In this document: positions 30,068 to 39,540 of the stretch, one piece after another | How positions within the stretch are numbered: the stretch's first letter is position 1 | Layout of the letters: every line of letters starts with the position of its first letter | Assembly: GCA_963675595.2 (NCBI GenBank) | Contig: CAXXLZ010000001.1 | Span: forward strand, 448,001 to 512,000 | Source: Thermodesulfobacteriota bacterium | GTDB taxonomy: Bacteria; Desulfobacterota; Desulfarculia; JACQYL01 | Direction: 5' to 3' | DNA length: 64,000 nt | The notes under the pieces: model-generated | Seen by the model: the letters and a program-made list of their open reading frames with translations, nothing else | Database searches by the model: none | What the model was told of the DNA's origin: nothing | Position numbers and translations under genes: made by a program

Positions 30068-31623
30068 ATACCTTGCCGGAGTGCATTCGAGCGGCCGCAG
30101 CAGCGGGCGACAAAGAAGCCCTCGTGTTCGGAAAGGAACGGCTTACTTACGGCGATCTCGATAGGCGTTCGAGCCGTTTGGCCGGACTGCTCCGGCGGGC
30201 CGGGGTGCGCAAAGGAGACCGGGTCGGCCTCGTAATGCCCAATTGCGTGGAGAGTGTCGTTGCATTCACGGCGATCCTCAAGATGGGGGCCGTGGAAGTG
30301 GGATTCCATCTCGAGACATCGGTGGAAACCCTGGCGCGGGCGTTCCGCGAGGTGGACGCATCTCTGGTGATTTGCGCGCGCACGCCGGTCTCCAAGATGA
30401 AAGACCTGATCAGAGCCTTACCCTCCCTCAACTGGGTCATCGACGGCATCCCTCCCGATGTGGGAACAAGCGAGGGAGCATTCATCGACCTGGCGGAGGC
30501 CGAGAGGGAGCACGATGATTTTGATTTCGGCCTGGACGATCCTTCCACTCCCCTTGTCCAGTTTACGTCGGGATCCACGGGAGAGCCCAGGGGCGTCGTG
30601 TTGACCCAGGCCGGGTTTCTCGCCGCGTCGCGGGCCAGGAATGAATTCCTGCATCTGGACCGGGACGACCGGATTCTCGATATTCTCAAACTCTCCCATT
30701 CCTGCGGCAAGTCCCTGCTTTTCGACGCCTTTTACCTGGGGGCCTGTCTCGTGCTGGGTAAAGGACTCGTCCCTCCCTCCGCGTTCATCAAAACGGTGGT
30801 GGGTGAGAAGGTGAGTCTGATTACCGGCCCGCCCTACCTGTTCGAAGTGCTCCTGAAGATTCGCAACGATGTTCGGGTCATGGAAGCGCTGAAGAATTCG
30901 CTGAGATTCCTGGAGGTGGGCATGGCGCATCCATCCGTGAGGCTGCTCAAGGATTTGAGGAGCGTGTTTCCCTGGACGTCTCTGGTGAATCGTTATGGGC
31001 TCACGGAAAATGCCGGTGCGGCTTCTCTCCAGGTTCACGCGTCCGAAGACGGAGACAGGTTTGGGACCATGGGACGCGGCTGTTCCGTCATGCAATTGGA
31101 TCTGGTGGACGAATCCACCGGTCTGCCCTCGGATTCCAACGCGGGCACGATCCGATTGCGAGGCGAGGCTCTCATGCTGGGCTACTGGGACGAATGGAGC
31201 GCGGGACGCAGGACGGATTACGCTGTTTCCGGTTTCGTTACCGGAGACCGGGCCGAAAGGGACTCGGAAGGGTTTTTCTATTTCAAAGGACGCGGCGACC
31301 ATCTGTTGAAAGTGTGCGGGGAACGGATCGCTCCCGAAGAAATCGAGGAAGCGGTCTGCGCACTCCCCGGAATTGCCGAGGTCACGGTTTTCGGTGTGGA
31401 AGACGACTTGACGGGTGACCGAATTGTCTGCCTTTACCGTGCGGCCGGGGAGGTAGCGCCTGAATCGGTCAAGGCTCACTGCGCCCGATCGTTGCCTTCC
31501 TACAAAGTCCCCGCCGTGGTTCTTGTTTCCAGCGAACCCATCCCCCGCACCGCCACCGGAAAGATATCCAGGCGGCTGGCCCGGGAAGCCTACCTGTCCG
31601 GCGGGTATACCGGAGAGGAATGA
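30064..31623 (+). CDS. AMP-dependent acyl/aminoacyl ligase 2
   Basis: FTSGSTGEPRG, RYGLTE, VTGD, GRGD, PRTATGK. Confidence 0.92.
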   Translation: MNTLPECIRAAAAAGDKEALVFGKERLTYGDLDRRSSRLAGLLRRAGVRKGDRVGLVMPNCVESVVAFTAILKMGAVEVGFHLETSVETLARAFREVDASLVICARTPVSKMKDLIRALPSLNWVIDGIPPDVGTSEGAFIDLAEAEREHDDFDFGLDDPSTPLVQFTSGSTGEPRGVVLTQAGFLAASRARNEFLHLDRDDRILDILKLSHSCGKSLLFDAFYLGACLVLGKGLVPPSAFIKTVVGEKVSLITGPPYLFEVLLKIRNDVRVMEALKNSLRFLEVGMAHPSVRLLKDLRSVFPWTSLVNRYGLTENAGAASLQVHASEDGDRFGTMGRGCSVMQLDLVDESTGLPSDSNAGTIRLRGEALMLGYWDEWSAGRRTDYAVSGFVTGDRAERDSEGFFYFKGRGDHLLKVCGERIAPEEIEEAVCALPGIAEVTVFGVEDDLTGDRIVCLYRAAGEVAPESVKAHCARSLPSYKVPAVVLVSSEPIPRTATGKISRRLAREAYLSGGYTGEE

Positions 31624-31675
31624 AATACTTCCCGCGGCGTATGGGCAAAAAGGGAGTGGTCGATTGAAACGAGGT

Positions 31676-32980
31676 ATGGAAACGGCCCGTCGTTTCTTCC
31701 GTAGCTTCGGCGAGGAACTGGTCATCGGAGGCGTTCCGGCTTCCGAAATCGCGGACATGGCCGGCACCCCGTGTTATGTCTATGATTTGGATCTGATGCG
31801 GCGGAATCTGGAAGGATTGCGGGAAGGATTGGACCCCGCCGTCGAGATTTTCTATTCCGTCAAAGCCAATCCGGCTTTGGCTTTGTGCCGGGAATTCGCG
31901 AAACTCGGCCTGGGGGCCGAAGTGGCCTCGCTTGGAGAACTGGAAACGGCGCTGGAGGCGGGATTCTCTCCGGATCGTATCGTGTTCGCAGGTCCGGGAA
32001 AGACTTTCGAGGAGCTGAAGGAGAGCGTTGAACGGGGCATTCTCGCATTAAACGTCGAGTCCGTTGATGAAGCCGTCGACATTGATGACACGGCGGGGCG
32101 GCTAGGTAAGAGGGCGGGAATATGTGTACGAGTGAACCCTGAAAGCAGCCCGGTGCGGACACACCAGCGTATGGGGGGAGTGCCTTCGCCTTTCGGGATC
32201 GATGAGGAACAACTTCCCGAAGTTCTGGATCGGATTCGTGAGCTTTCCAGAGTTGAACTGCGGGGAATCCACGTCTACGTGGGAAATCAGATATTCGATG
32301 CGGATTTGGCGGTGGAGAACGCCAAGCATACTTTGGACATTGCACGCAAGGCCTCGCAGCATTTAGGCGGCAGGGCCTTGGAATTGATTGATCTCGGTGG
32401 AGGTCTGGGGGTTCCCTATTATAAAAACGAGTCGTATTTGGATGTCGCGCGTTTTAAGGAAGGGCTCAACCGACTGGTTGCAGACGCGCGGTCGGAATTA
32501 TTGTTTGGACACTCTCGTTTCATTTTGGAGCTTGGCAGATACCTCGTCGGGATTTCGGGAATATTAATTACGCGCGTGCTCAGAGTGAAGACATCCCGGG
32601 GAAAGCGCTTCGCCGTGGTGGATGGCGGAATGCATTGCTGCAGCATCGCCACGGGGAATTTGGGACAGAAGATTCAGAGGAAATTTCTGCTTTGTCCCGC
32701 GACGCGCATGGATTCCACGGTTTTTTCGCCGATCGATGTGGTGGGCCCGTTGTGCACTCCCATGGATTCCTTCGGACACGATTATGACGCGCCGGAACTG
32801 GAAGAGGGAGACCTGTTGGGCGTGCTTTTCGTGGGAGCTTACGGGCTGACCGCGAGTCCGACCCGGTTCCTCAGCAGATTTTCTCCCGCTGAGGCGAGCG
32901 TTTCCCAAGGCAGGGCGGTGGTAACCCGACAAAGGGAAGACCTCGCCGATGTGCTGAAATATCAACGGTTATTTGGATGA
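31676..32980 (+). CDS. Fold-type III PLP-dependent decarboxylase (LysA/BtrK/VinO-like)
   Basis: GTPCYVYD, YSVKANP (PLP Lys), EVASLGE, FAGPGK, HVYVG, DLGGG, ELGRYLV, VGPLC, GAYG. ATG at 31676 follows GAGGT. Confidence 0.9.
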   Translation: METARRFFRSFGEELVIGGVPASEIADMAGTPCYVYDLDLMRRNLEGLREGLDPAVEIFYSVKANPALALCREFAKLGLGAEVASLGELETALEAGFSPDRIVFAGPGKTFEELKESVERGILALNVESVDEAVDIDDTAGRLGKRAGICVRVNPESSPVRTHQRMGGVPSPFGIDEEQLPEVLDRIRELSRVELRGIHVYVGNQIFDADLAVENAKHTLDIARKASQHLGGRALELIDLGGGLGVPYYKNESYLDVARFKEGLNRLVADARSELLFGHSRFILELGRYLVGISGILITRVLRVKTSRGKRFAVVDGGMHCCSIATGNLGQKIQRKFLLCPATRMDSTVFSPIDVVGPLCTPMDSFGHDYDAPELEEGDLLGVLFVGAYGLTASPTRFLSRFSPAEASVSQGRAVVTRQREDLADVLKYQRLFG

Positions 32981-33276
32981 GACCTGCACCGGAGAATGAT
33001 GGGATGAGTTGGAGCAAGAAAGAGATCGTGAAAGTCTTGATGGGCTTTGTGTGCAATGAGCTGGGAGTGGACGACCCGGATTTCGGGCCCTCCAGCGACC
33101 TGTTTGAAGACGGCTACGTGGACTCCATTCATCTGGAACGGTTTTTCAGCTTCATTGAAGAAACCTTCGGTATTGTCCTTGAAGAAGACAACTTTTTTGA
33201 TCCCCGAATTGCCACCCTTGAGGGTCTGTCCGACCTGGTGCTGGAGGCCGGACCTAAGACCGCTCCGTCCGCCTGA
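32977..33276 (+). CDS. Stand-alone acyl/aminoacyl carrier protein
   Basis: DLFEDGYVDSIHLERFFSFIEETFGI. Similar to the 26482 ACP. Confidence 0.88.
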   Translation: MRPAPENDGMSWSKKEIVKVLMGFVCNELGVDDPDFGPSSDLFEDGYVDSIHLERFFSFIEETFGIVLEEDNFFDPRIATLEGLSDLVLEAGPKTAPSA

Positions 33277-33904
33277 ATACGGCCCGGTGGCGGGCTTCCC
33301 CCACGCCGTATCCGGGTAGGTGTTTCGGAAAGAACATGCCTGTTCGCGCCTTGTAGTGCCGGTAACGATCGCCGTAGCGAACCTCCAGGTCGTTTTCTTC
33401 CATCCTGCACATGAGATACACCCCGGGCGCCCACATCGCCAGAGAGAACAGGAACAGGTGGAGGGAATCGAGGATGACGGCAACGGCGAAAATCAAGGCC
33501 AGTTCTCCCGCAGCCTGAGGGTGTCTCATACGACGGTAGATTCCCGAGAACATCCGCTTCCGCTTTCTGGGGACCAGACTCTCGCTTCCGGCGTGTCGAG
33601 CCCCTCGCAGCAGCAGCATGGAGGACGGCACGGCCAGGAGAACGCCGAGGATTATGCTTATCCACCATGGCCAGGGAAAGCGTGGGGGAATGGGTGCGGA
33701 TATCGGATGGAAAACGTAGACGGGATACAATACCAGGTGAACGCACATGAAGAAGGCCGAAACCAGGCGGTACCTGGTGCAAAGCGCATAGGCGTGCTCC
33801 CCGAACTTTCTCTCCATCGTGGCGGGGCGCGTGCTCAGACAGTAGAAGCCGATACAGGCCGTACCGGTAATGACTAAAAGAACGGGAATGATCCAGGACG
33901 ACAC
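33254..33904 (-). CDS. Isoprenylcysteine carboxyl methyltransferase / PEMT-family membrane methyltransferase
   Basis: Hydrophobic helices, GIYRRMRHPQ, EENDL..RYGDRYRHYKARTGMFFP. Confidence 0.85.
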   Translation of the reverse strand: MSSWIIPVLLVITGTACIGFYCLSTRPATMERKFGEHAYALCTRYRLVSAFFMCVHLVLYPVYVFHPISAPIPPRFPWPWWISIILGVLLAVPSSMLLLRGARHAGSESLVPRKRKRMFSGIYRRMRHPQAAGELALIFAVAVILDSLHLFLFSLAMWAPGVYLMCRMEENDLEVRYGDRYRHYKARTGMFFPKHLPGYGVGEARHRAVFRRTERS

Positions 33905-34095
33905 GGTTGTGTTTTATCCTCCTTGGTAAAATCAGCATCGGCCGGATGTTGATCCGGTTGAGTAGAAATCAGGGTACACAGTCTCGGCATGCCCCTGCAA
34001 CCACTTGAAGCGTTTTACCGACGAGAAGAGAATCGAAGAAGGCCCCCTTTTTGCGAGGGACCCTCTCCGGTCCGGATATGACTTTTTGGCTCGGC

Positions 34096-34806
34096 CTACT
34101 GCCGCCTTGCCCATCTTCTCCGGAATCCGACAAGACCCAGCAAACCGGAGCCCAGAAGCCAGACTGCGCCGGGAACGGGCACCGGGTTGACGTACACCAA
34201 AGGCTCGTTGAAGTCTTTGTCGCTCGAAAAACCGCCTTCATTGTAGCCCAGCAGAAAGCCGTCACCGGAGGAGCCCCGGACGAGGACCGAGTTCTCCGAG
34301 AAAAAGGTGATCCCGTTTTTCAGCCCGAACTTGAAGGAGACTCCCTCGCCGACGGCCTGGACGAGGTCGACAACCTGCCATGCGGATTGGTCGGACGGGT
34401 CATTGACCCATCCTCGGCTGGGAGAAGTCCATGTTCCCGGATCATAGAGCTGATAGAAATTCGAGAAGGTGTTGGAGCCGTCGTCGTACCAGATTCCCAA
34501 CGGGGAGGTGCCGGCTGAATCGTACGCCAGCACGAGGACCGATTCCTGTTCCGCGGTGTTGAACACCCCGGTCCAGGATTTCTGCCCGTAATCGCCCAAC
34601 AGGTAACCGGAGTCGGAGGACGACCAGTTCAGACCCGCCCCCAGAAGTCCCTCCATATCGTCGGAATAGTTGGTTCCGTAAAGGGCGTTATAGGCGTCCG
34701 TGAGGTGTGTTTCGTCGGGATATTGCCAAGTAGTGGCCCCTGCTCCGCTAAGAGGAATCATAACCAAGAGCCCCAAAATCGCCATAACCGTCTTTGCTCG
34801 CATCAT
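34096..34806 (-). CDS. Secreted protein with PEP-CTERM/VPLPA-CTERM-type exosortase sorting signal
   Basis: Signal peptide MMRAKTVMAILGLLVMIPLSGAGA. C-terminus VNPVPVPGAVWLLGSGLLGLVGFRRRWARRQ (motif, TM helix, basic tail). Confidence 0.88.
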   Translation of the reverse strand: MMRAKTVMAILGLLVMIPLSGAGATTWQYPDETHLTDAYNALYGTNYSDDMEGLLGAGLNWSSSDSGYLLGDYGQKSWTGVFNTAEQESVLVLAYDSAGTSPLGIWYDDGSNTFSNFYQLYDPGTWTSPSRGWVNDPSDQSAWQVVDLVQAVGEGVSFKFGLKNGITFFSENSVLVRGSSGDGFLLGYNEGGFSSDKDFNEPLVYVNPVPVPGAVWLLGSGLLGLVGFRRRWARRQ

Positions 34807-34949
34807 GTACCCCGCTTTCCGTTTCCGCATTTGTCGATTGATCGATTCGTGTCCGCTCCGCCCGGGCTTGTCGAGCTTGGGCCGAGCTCCTATGAGCGTG
34901 AATGGTGCAGTGTTGTTTGTGGCGCAATCAGCTTTGTATTGCAGAATAG

Positions 34950-34965
34950 AGCAAATCTCGTGCCG
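34950..34965 (-). promoter_or_regulatory. Sigma-54 (-24/-12) promoter for the PEP-CTERM-type gene
   Basis: The minus strand reads CGGCACGAGATTTGCT, matching YGGCACG-N4-TTGC with exact GG-N10-GC spacing, ~145 bp upstream of the ATG. Confidence 0.75.
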
Positions 34966-35309
34966 TTTGCGGCTGCGAACAGATGCGCCGGAGGTGAACT
35001 CCGATGAAGGGCCTTGGAGAAAGCCTTTGATCATGCCTCCCGAAACAAAAAGTGCTCATCGTGCCCCGTCCCGGAGTGCGGTGTTGTATTTTCGGTTACC
35101 GGTTTGAACGGAAGTGGGGTGACTGTTTTGTAATTCAAAACTCGGTGCCGTAAGCGCGAGGCTCCGTGAGGACAGGCGACCGCTCTTTTTGATTCGGATG
35201 ATTGACCCCGGCGGCGTTCTATTATAACCACTGATAATTATTAGGTTGTTGTAGCAACGGGGCGGCGCCGGAAATCCCCCGGAGCCGGGAAACTCTTGGG
35301 CATGGAGGA

Positions 35310-36341
35310 ATGATGAAGGTACGGGATTGGGTATGCGCTTCGATTTTTGTCATAATTCAACTGGCCGGAGTCGGCGGGGCCGAGGCGGACTCGGTTCGTT
35401 TGAACAATGGAGATATGATTTCAGGGCATGTCGTGCGAATGGAAGACGGCCGGCTGTTGTTGGCCACTTCGTACGCCGGGGAAGTGACCATAGCGTGGGA
35501 GGCGATTGCCGCTCTGGAAACCGATGCCCCGGTGTTGCTCGTGCTCGAAGATGGAGAGTCGGCGCGGGGTCTGTTGATCCCGGCGGACCAAGGGTGGTTG
35601 CGTGTGAAAAGCGAAGACGGAGAGGAGCAAGGCGAATACGCCCTTCTCCGGGTCGCGGCCGTGAACCCGAAAGAAGTGCAACCTCCGGGGTGGGATTTGA
35701 AAGGAGCGGTCAACGCGGGCGTCAACGTACGCCGCGGCAACACCGAGACCGGAGATTTCCACTTGGACGGCAACGTGGTCGCCGGAAAAGAGAAAAACAG
35801 GTACGGCGCGAGAGCGGAATATAACAGGTCTGAAGACGACGGAAAAAAGACGGTGGACAATATGCTGTTGGCGCTTAAATATGATCGTTTCGTCTCTCCA
35901 AAATGGTACATATCCGGCTATTCGTCTTTTGAACGCGATGAATTCAAAGACTTGAACTTGAGAACTCTTATCGGCGTCGGTCCCGGCTACCAGGTGTGGA
36001 ACAGTGAAGAACGGAATCTCTCTCTCGAAGTCGGTTTGAATTACGTCATGGAGGACTACGAAGAGACGGCGGACGAAGACTATGCTTCGGGTCGATGGGC
36101 GATTAATTTCGACCGGATGGTCTATCGTGATACAATCCAATTTTTTCATAACCATGAGGGTATTCCGGGTTTCGAGGCTATTGAGGATTTTCTTCTGAAA
36201 ACTAGAACGGGGCTTCGTTTCTTCCTGACCGAAAAGTTTCAGAGTACGTTTTTGGTGAAATTCGACTGGGAGAACAACCCGGCGCCCGATCGGAAGAACG
36301 AAGACATCGAATACATCTTCACCCTGGGCTATCGGTGGTGA
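35310..36341 (+). CDS. DUF481/YdiY-like outer-membrane beta-barrel protein
   Basis: Signal peptide, ADSVRLNNGD..SG, GNT, D.F.DLNLR..GVGPGY, terminal LGYRW. Confidence 0.82.
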   Translation: MMKVRDWVCASIFVIIQLAGVGGAEADSVRLNNGDMISGHVVRMEDGRLLLATSYAGEVTIAWEAIAALETDAPVLLVLEDGESARGLLIPADQGWLRVKSEDGEEQGEYALLRVAAVNPKEVQPPGWDLKGAVNAGVNVRRGNTETGDFHLDGNVVAGKEKNRYGARAEYNRSEDDGKKTVDNMLLALKYDRFVSPKWYISGYSSFERDEFKDLNLRTLIGVGPGYQVWNSEERNLSLEVGLNYVMEDYEETADEDYASGRWAINFDRMVYRDTIQFFHNHEGIPGFEAIEDFLLKTRTGLRFFLTEKFQSTFLVKFDWENNPAPDRKNEDIEYIFTLGYRW

Positions 36342-36473
36342 GGGGACGGCTTTGGTGAGTTGCCAAGGGTGAGTTCAAAAAGACGGGCCGGGGTTTGCGA
36401 GGGTTACCCACTACATCGTCGCGGATGACTCATGTCGCCGTGTCGCCTCGTTGAAGACGGGAGCGTAGAAGCC

Positions 36474-37691
36474 ATGTCCGAAACGGACCTTTCCAAACTG
36501 AAGATAGACAAGACCGAGGGCCGGAGCCGCAAAGCAACGAAAAAGAAGTTTCTGATCCCGGCGATTTTGCTATCGGTCTTGGGGGTAGCGGCTTGGCTCT
36601 ACCAGACGGGTGTATTGAAACCGTCCGTAGACGTTCGTGCGGCCGCGGTGGGGAACCTGTATCCTTATCAGGCGGTCACTTTGCTTAACGCCAGTGGATA
36701 CGTGGTGGCGCAACGTAAGGCTTCGGTGGCCACCAAAGTGACGGGGCGGCTCGAGTACCTCGGGGTGGAAGAAGGAACCAGGGTGAAGAAAGGCGAGGTG
36801 TTGGCTCGCCTTGAGGACGACGATGCCGTTGCCGCGCGGAACCGGGCCCGCGCCAATCTCGAGGCGGCCCGGGCCGTCTTGCGCCGGGTGGAGGCGGAAT
36901 TAGAGAACGCCCGGTTGGATTTCGAGCGGAAGAGCGCGCTGAAAGACAGGCTGGTAATCTCCAAGGCGGAATTTGACGTGGCCCGGGCGGGCTACCTTGC
37001 GGCGAAGGCTGCGGTTTCGGCGCAGGAGGCCTCGGTGAGGGCGGCCGTTGCGGCGCTCAAAGAGTCGGAGGTGCTGATCGACTATACAAAGATTAGAGCC
37101 CCATTTGACGGCGTGGTCCTGACCAAGAACGCGGATATCGGAGACATCATCGCTCCCCTGGGGGCCGCGGCGAATGCGCAGGCCGCCGTGGTGACCATGG
37201 CGGATATGAATTCTCTCCAAGTGGAGGTGGACGTTTCGGAATCCGGTATTCGAGAGATAAAAGTGGGGCAGCCCGCGGTCATACAGTTGGATGCCTTCCC
37301 GAATGAGAGATACAAGGGAAGGGTGCATATGGTGGTCCCCACGGCGGACCGCACCAAAGCGTCCATCCTGGTAAAAGTGGCTTTCAGTGAAAAGGACCCA
37401 CGTATTCTACCTGAGATGAGCGCCAAGGCGGCGTTTCTATCCCGGGAAATCGGCGTGGCGGAGGATCGCCCGGTGAAGGTGGTGCCGTTGTCGGCCGTTA
37501 TCCGGGAAAACGGCGCAACTTATGTCTTCGTAATTGAAAAAAGCAAGGCTTTCAGGCGGCGATTCGAGCCGGGTGAAATATTGGGGGATCGGGTCGAGGT
37601 GAAAGAGGGCCTGGAGCTGGGGCAAGACATCATTCTTTCTCCCCCCGAGAGCCTCAAGGACGGAATGAGCGTCGACGTTTCCGAGGAGTAA
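36474..37691 (+). CDS. Efflux periplasmic adaptor (MFP, MacA-like)
   Basis: N-terminal TM, ASGYVVAQRKA, V.EG..VKKGEVLARL, coiled coil, IRAPFDG, VDVSE. Confidence 0.9.
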   Translation: MSETDLSKLKIDKTEGRSRKATKKKFLIPAILLSVLGVAAWLYQTGVLKPSVDVRAAAVGNLYPYQAVTLLNASGYVVAQRKASVATKVTGRLEYLGVEEGTRVKKGEVLARLEDDDAVAARNRARANLEAARAVLRRVEAELENARLDFERKSALKDRLVISKAEFDVARAGYLAAKAAVSAQEASVRAAVAALKESEVLIDYTKIRAPFDGVVLTKNADIGDIIAPLGAAANAQAAVVTMADMNSLQVEVDVSESGIREIKVGQPAVIQLDAFPNERYKGRVHMVVPTADRTKASILVKVAFSEKDPRILPEMSAKAAFLSREIGVAEDRPVKVVPLSAVIRENGATYVFVIEKSKAFRRRFEPGEILGDRVEVKEGLELGQDIILSPPESLKDGMSVDVSEE

Positions 37692-38404
37692 TGGAAGACC
37701 GAACCTTCATCGTAGATATCCAAGAGGTTTCCAAGTCCTACCGCAGAGGCGCGCAGGTGCTTCCCGTGCTGGATAGGATCAGCCTTGGAATTCCGGAGGG
37801 CGACTTCCTCGTGCTGATGGGGCCTTCGGGGTCGGGCAAGAGCACCCTTCTCAACCTGATCGCCGGCCTGGACCATGTCGACGAAGGCAGAATCCGTGTA
37901 GGGGACCTGGAAATCTCTTCTCTGTCGGAATCCGCATTGGCCTCATGGCGTGCCTTCCACGTAGGGTTCATCTTTCAGTTCTACAATTTAATTCCGGTGT
38001 TGACCGCATTTGAAAACGTGGAACTACCCCTGACTCTCTCGGGGCTTTCGTCAAAGGAGCGCCGAGAGCACGTGGAAACGGCGCTCCGTCTCGTGAGACT
38101 TGAGGACCGAATGGATCATCGGCCGAAGCAGCTTTCCGGCGGACAGCAACAGCGGGTGGCCATCGCAAGGGCTTTTGTGACCGATCCCACGATCTTGGTG
38201 GCCGACGAACCTACCGGGGACCTGGATCGAGGCTCCGCGGAAGAGGTCCTGAACTTGTTGGAGGGGCTGTCCTCGGACCTGGGCAAGACGATCATTATGG
38301 TTACGCATGACCCGAGGGCGGCCAAGCGGGCCCGCACATTAAAGTATCTGGATAAAGGTGTACTGGCGGATGCTCCTGAAACTGCTTTGGCGGAATGCCT
38401 TTAG
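37691..38404 (+). CDS. ABC transporter ATP-binding protein (LolD/MacB type)
   Basis: GPSGSGKS, LSGGQQQRVAIARA, ADEPTG, VTHD. Confidence 0.95.
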   Translation: MEDRTFIVDIQEVSKSYRRGAQVLPVLDRISLGIPEGDFLVLMGPSGSGKSTLLNLIAGLDHVDEGRIRVGDLEISSLSESALASWRAFHVGFIFQFYNLIPVLTAFENVELPLTLSGLSSKERREHVETALRLVRLEDRMDHRPKQLSGGQQQRVAIARAFVTDPTILVADEPTGDLDRGSAEEVLNLLEGLSSDLGKTIIMVTHDPRAAKRARTLKYLDKGVLADAPETALAECL

Positions 38405-39524
38405 ACACAAGCTCAGGACCGCCCTGACCATCTTGGGCATGTGCGTGGCGATTCTGGCGTTCGGACTCCTCCGCACGGTGATCGACGCCTGGCATTCCGG
38501 CGTGGAGGCGGCCGCGGCGGATCGACTGGTGACTCGGAACGCCATCTCTTTGATCTTCAACCTTCCTCTCTCTTATCACGAAAAAATTCGTGCGGTGGAC
38601 GGTGTGAAAAGAGTGAGTTACGGAAATTGGTTCGGCGGTATCTACATCGACGAGAAGAACTTCTTCGCCAACCTTGTGGTGGAACCTCGGTCGTATTTCG
38701 AAATGTACCCCGAATATACGATGGATGATTTCCAGAGAGAATCCTTCCTCAGGGACCGGAAGGGATGCGTGGTCGGCAGGAAGCTGGTCCGACGGTTCGG
38801 ATGGAAGTTGGGAGACCCGATCACCTTGAAGGGAACCATCTTCCCCGGAAATTGGGAAATGGTGATTCGTGCGATTTATAAGGGCAAATATGACAGCACG
38901 GACGAGGGCGTGCTTTTTTTCCATTGGGAATACCTCAATGAAACGCTTAAAAAAACGTCGCCGCGTCGTGCCGACAACGTGGGGTTTTATGTCATAGAAG
39001 TGACTCATCCGGATCGCGCCGCCCAGGTCGCCGGGGAAGTGGATCAAATGTTCAGAAACAGCAGGGCGGAGACGCTCACCGAAACGGAGCGGGCTTTTCA
39101 GATGGGTTTCCTGTCCATGAGCGAGGCTCTTATTACGGCAATTCGCCTGATTTCTCTGGTGGTGATTTTCATCATTATGGCCGTGGTGGCCAACACCATG
39201 ATCATGTCGGTGCGTGAACGCATGGGCGAGTACGCCGTACTGAAGACCTTGGGATTCGGCGCTTTGTTCCTCTCGATACTCATTTTTGGGGAGTCGTTGG
39301 TGATCTGCGGGCTGGGAGGCGGCTTGGGAATCCTGATGACCTTTCCCGTGGCGGATCTGTTTCGGCAACAAGTGGGGGACTATTTCCCGACGTTCATCGT
39401 GAAGGATGTCACCCTGCTGCTGGATGCGGCCGCCGCGATCCTGGTGGGCACCGCCGCGGGGATCCTTCCGGCTTGGCGCGCCTCGCGTGTGCGGATTTCC
39501 GAAGGATTGCGCAGATTGGGTTAG
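38370..39524 (+). CDS. ABC transporter permease (MacB/FtsX family)
   Basis: RNAFRHKLRTALT, a periplasmic domain, SVRER..EYAVLKTLGF, PAWRASR. Confidence 0.9.
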   Translation: MLLKLLWRNAFRHKLRTALTILGMCVAILAFGLLRTVIDAWHSGVEAAAADRLVTRNAISLIFNLPLSYHEKIRAVDGVKRVSYGNWFGGIYIDEKNFFANLVVEPRSYFEMYPEYTMDDFQRESFLRDRKGCVVGRKLVRRFGWKLGDPITLKGTIFPGNWEMVIRAIYKGKYDSTDEGVLFFHWEYLNETLKKTSPRRADNVGFYVIEVTHPDRAAQVAGEVDQMFRNSRAETLTETERAFQMGFLSMSEALITAIRLISLVVIFIIMAVVANTMIMSVRERMGEYAVLKTLGFGALFLSILIFGESLVICGLGGGLGILMTFPVADLFRQQVGDYFPTFIVKDVTLLLDAAAAILVGTAAGILPAWRASRVRISEGLRRLG

Positions 39525-39540
39525 CCGAGGAAATTCTCCA

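Larger units (their letters stand above)
3866..33276 (+). other. Biosynthetic gene cluster: non-canonical PKS-like / carrier-protein / B12-radical SAM pathway
   Basis: 22 consecutive plus-strand genes, many overlapping or abutting, all of secondary-metabolic or thiotemplate type, including a PPTase. Confidence 0.9.

Noticed and set aside
31676-32980. Housekeeping lysA assignment
   Set aside because: It sits between an AMP ligase and an ACP and has HVYVG rather than HxHIGS, so a BtrK/VinO-like role is more plausible. The symbol is withheld.
3866-33276. RiPP interpretation of the multiple radical SAM genes
   Set aside because: No precursor peptide, RRE, SPASM domain or peptidase is seen. Carrier proteins and a PPTase indicate thiotemplated chemistry.
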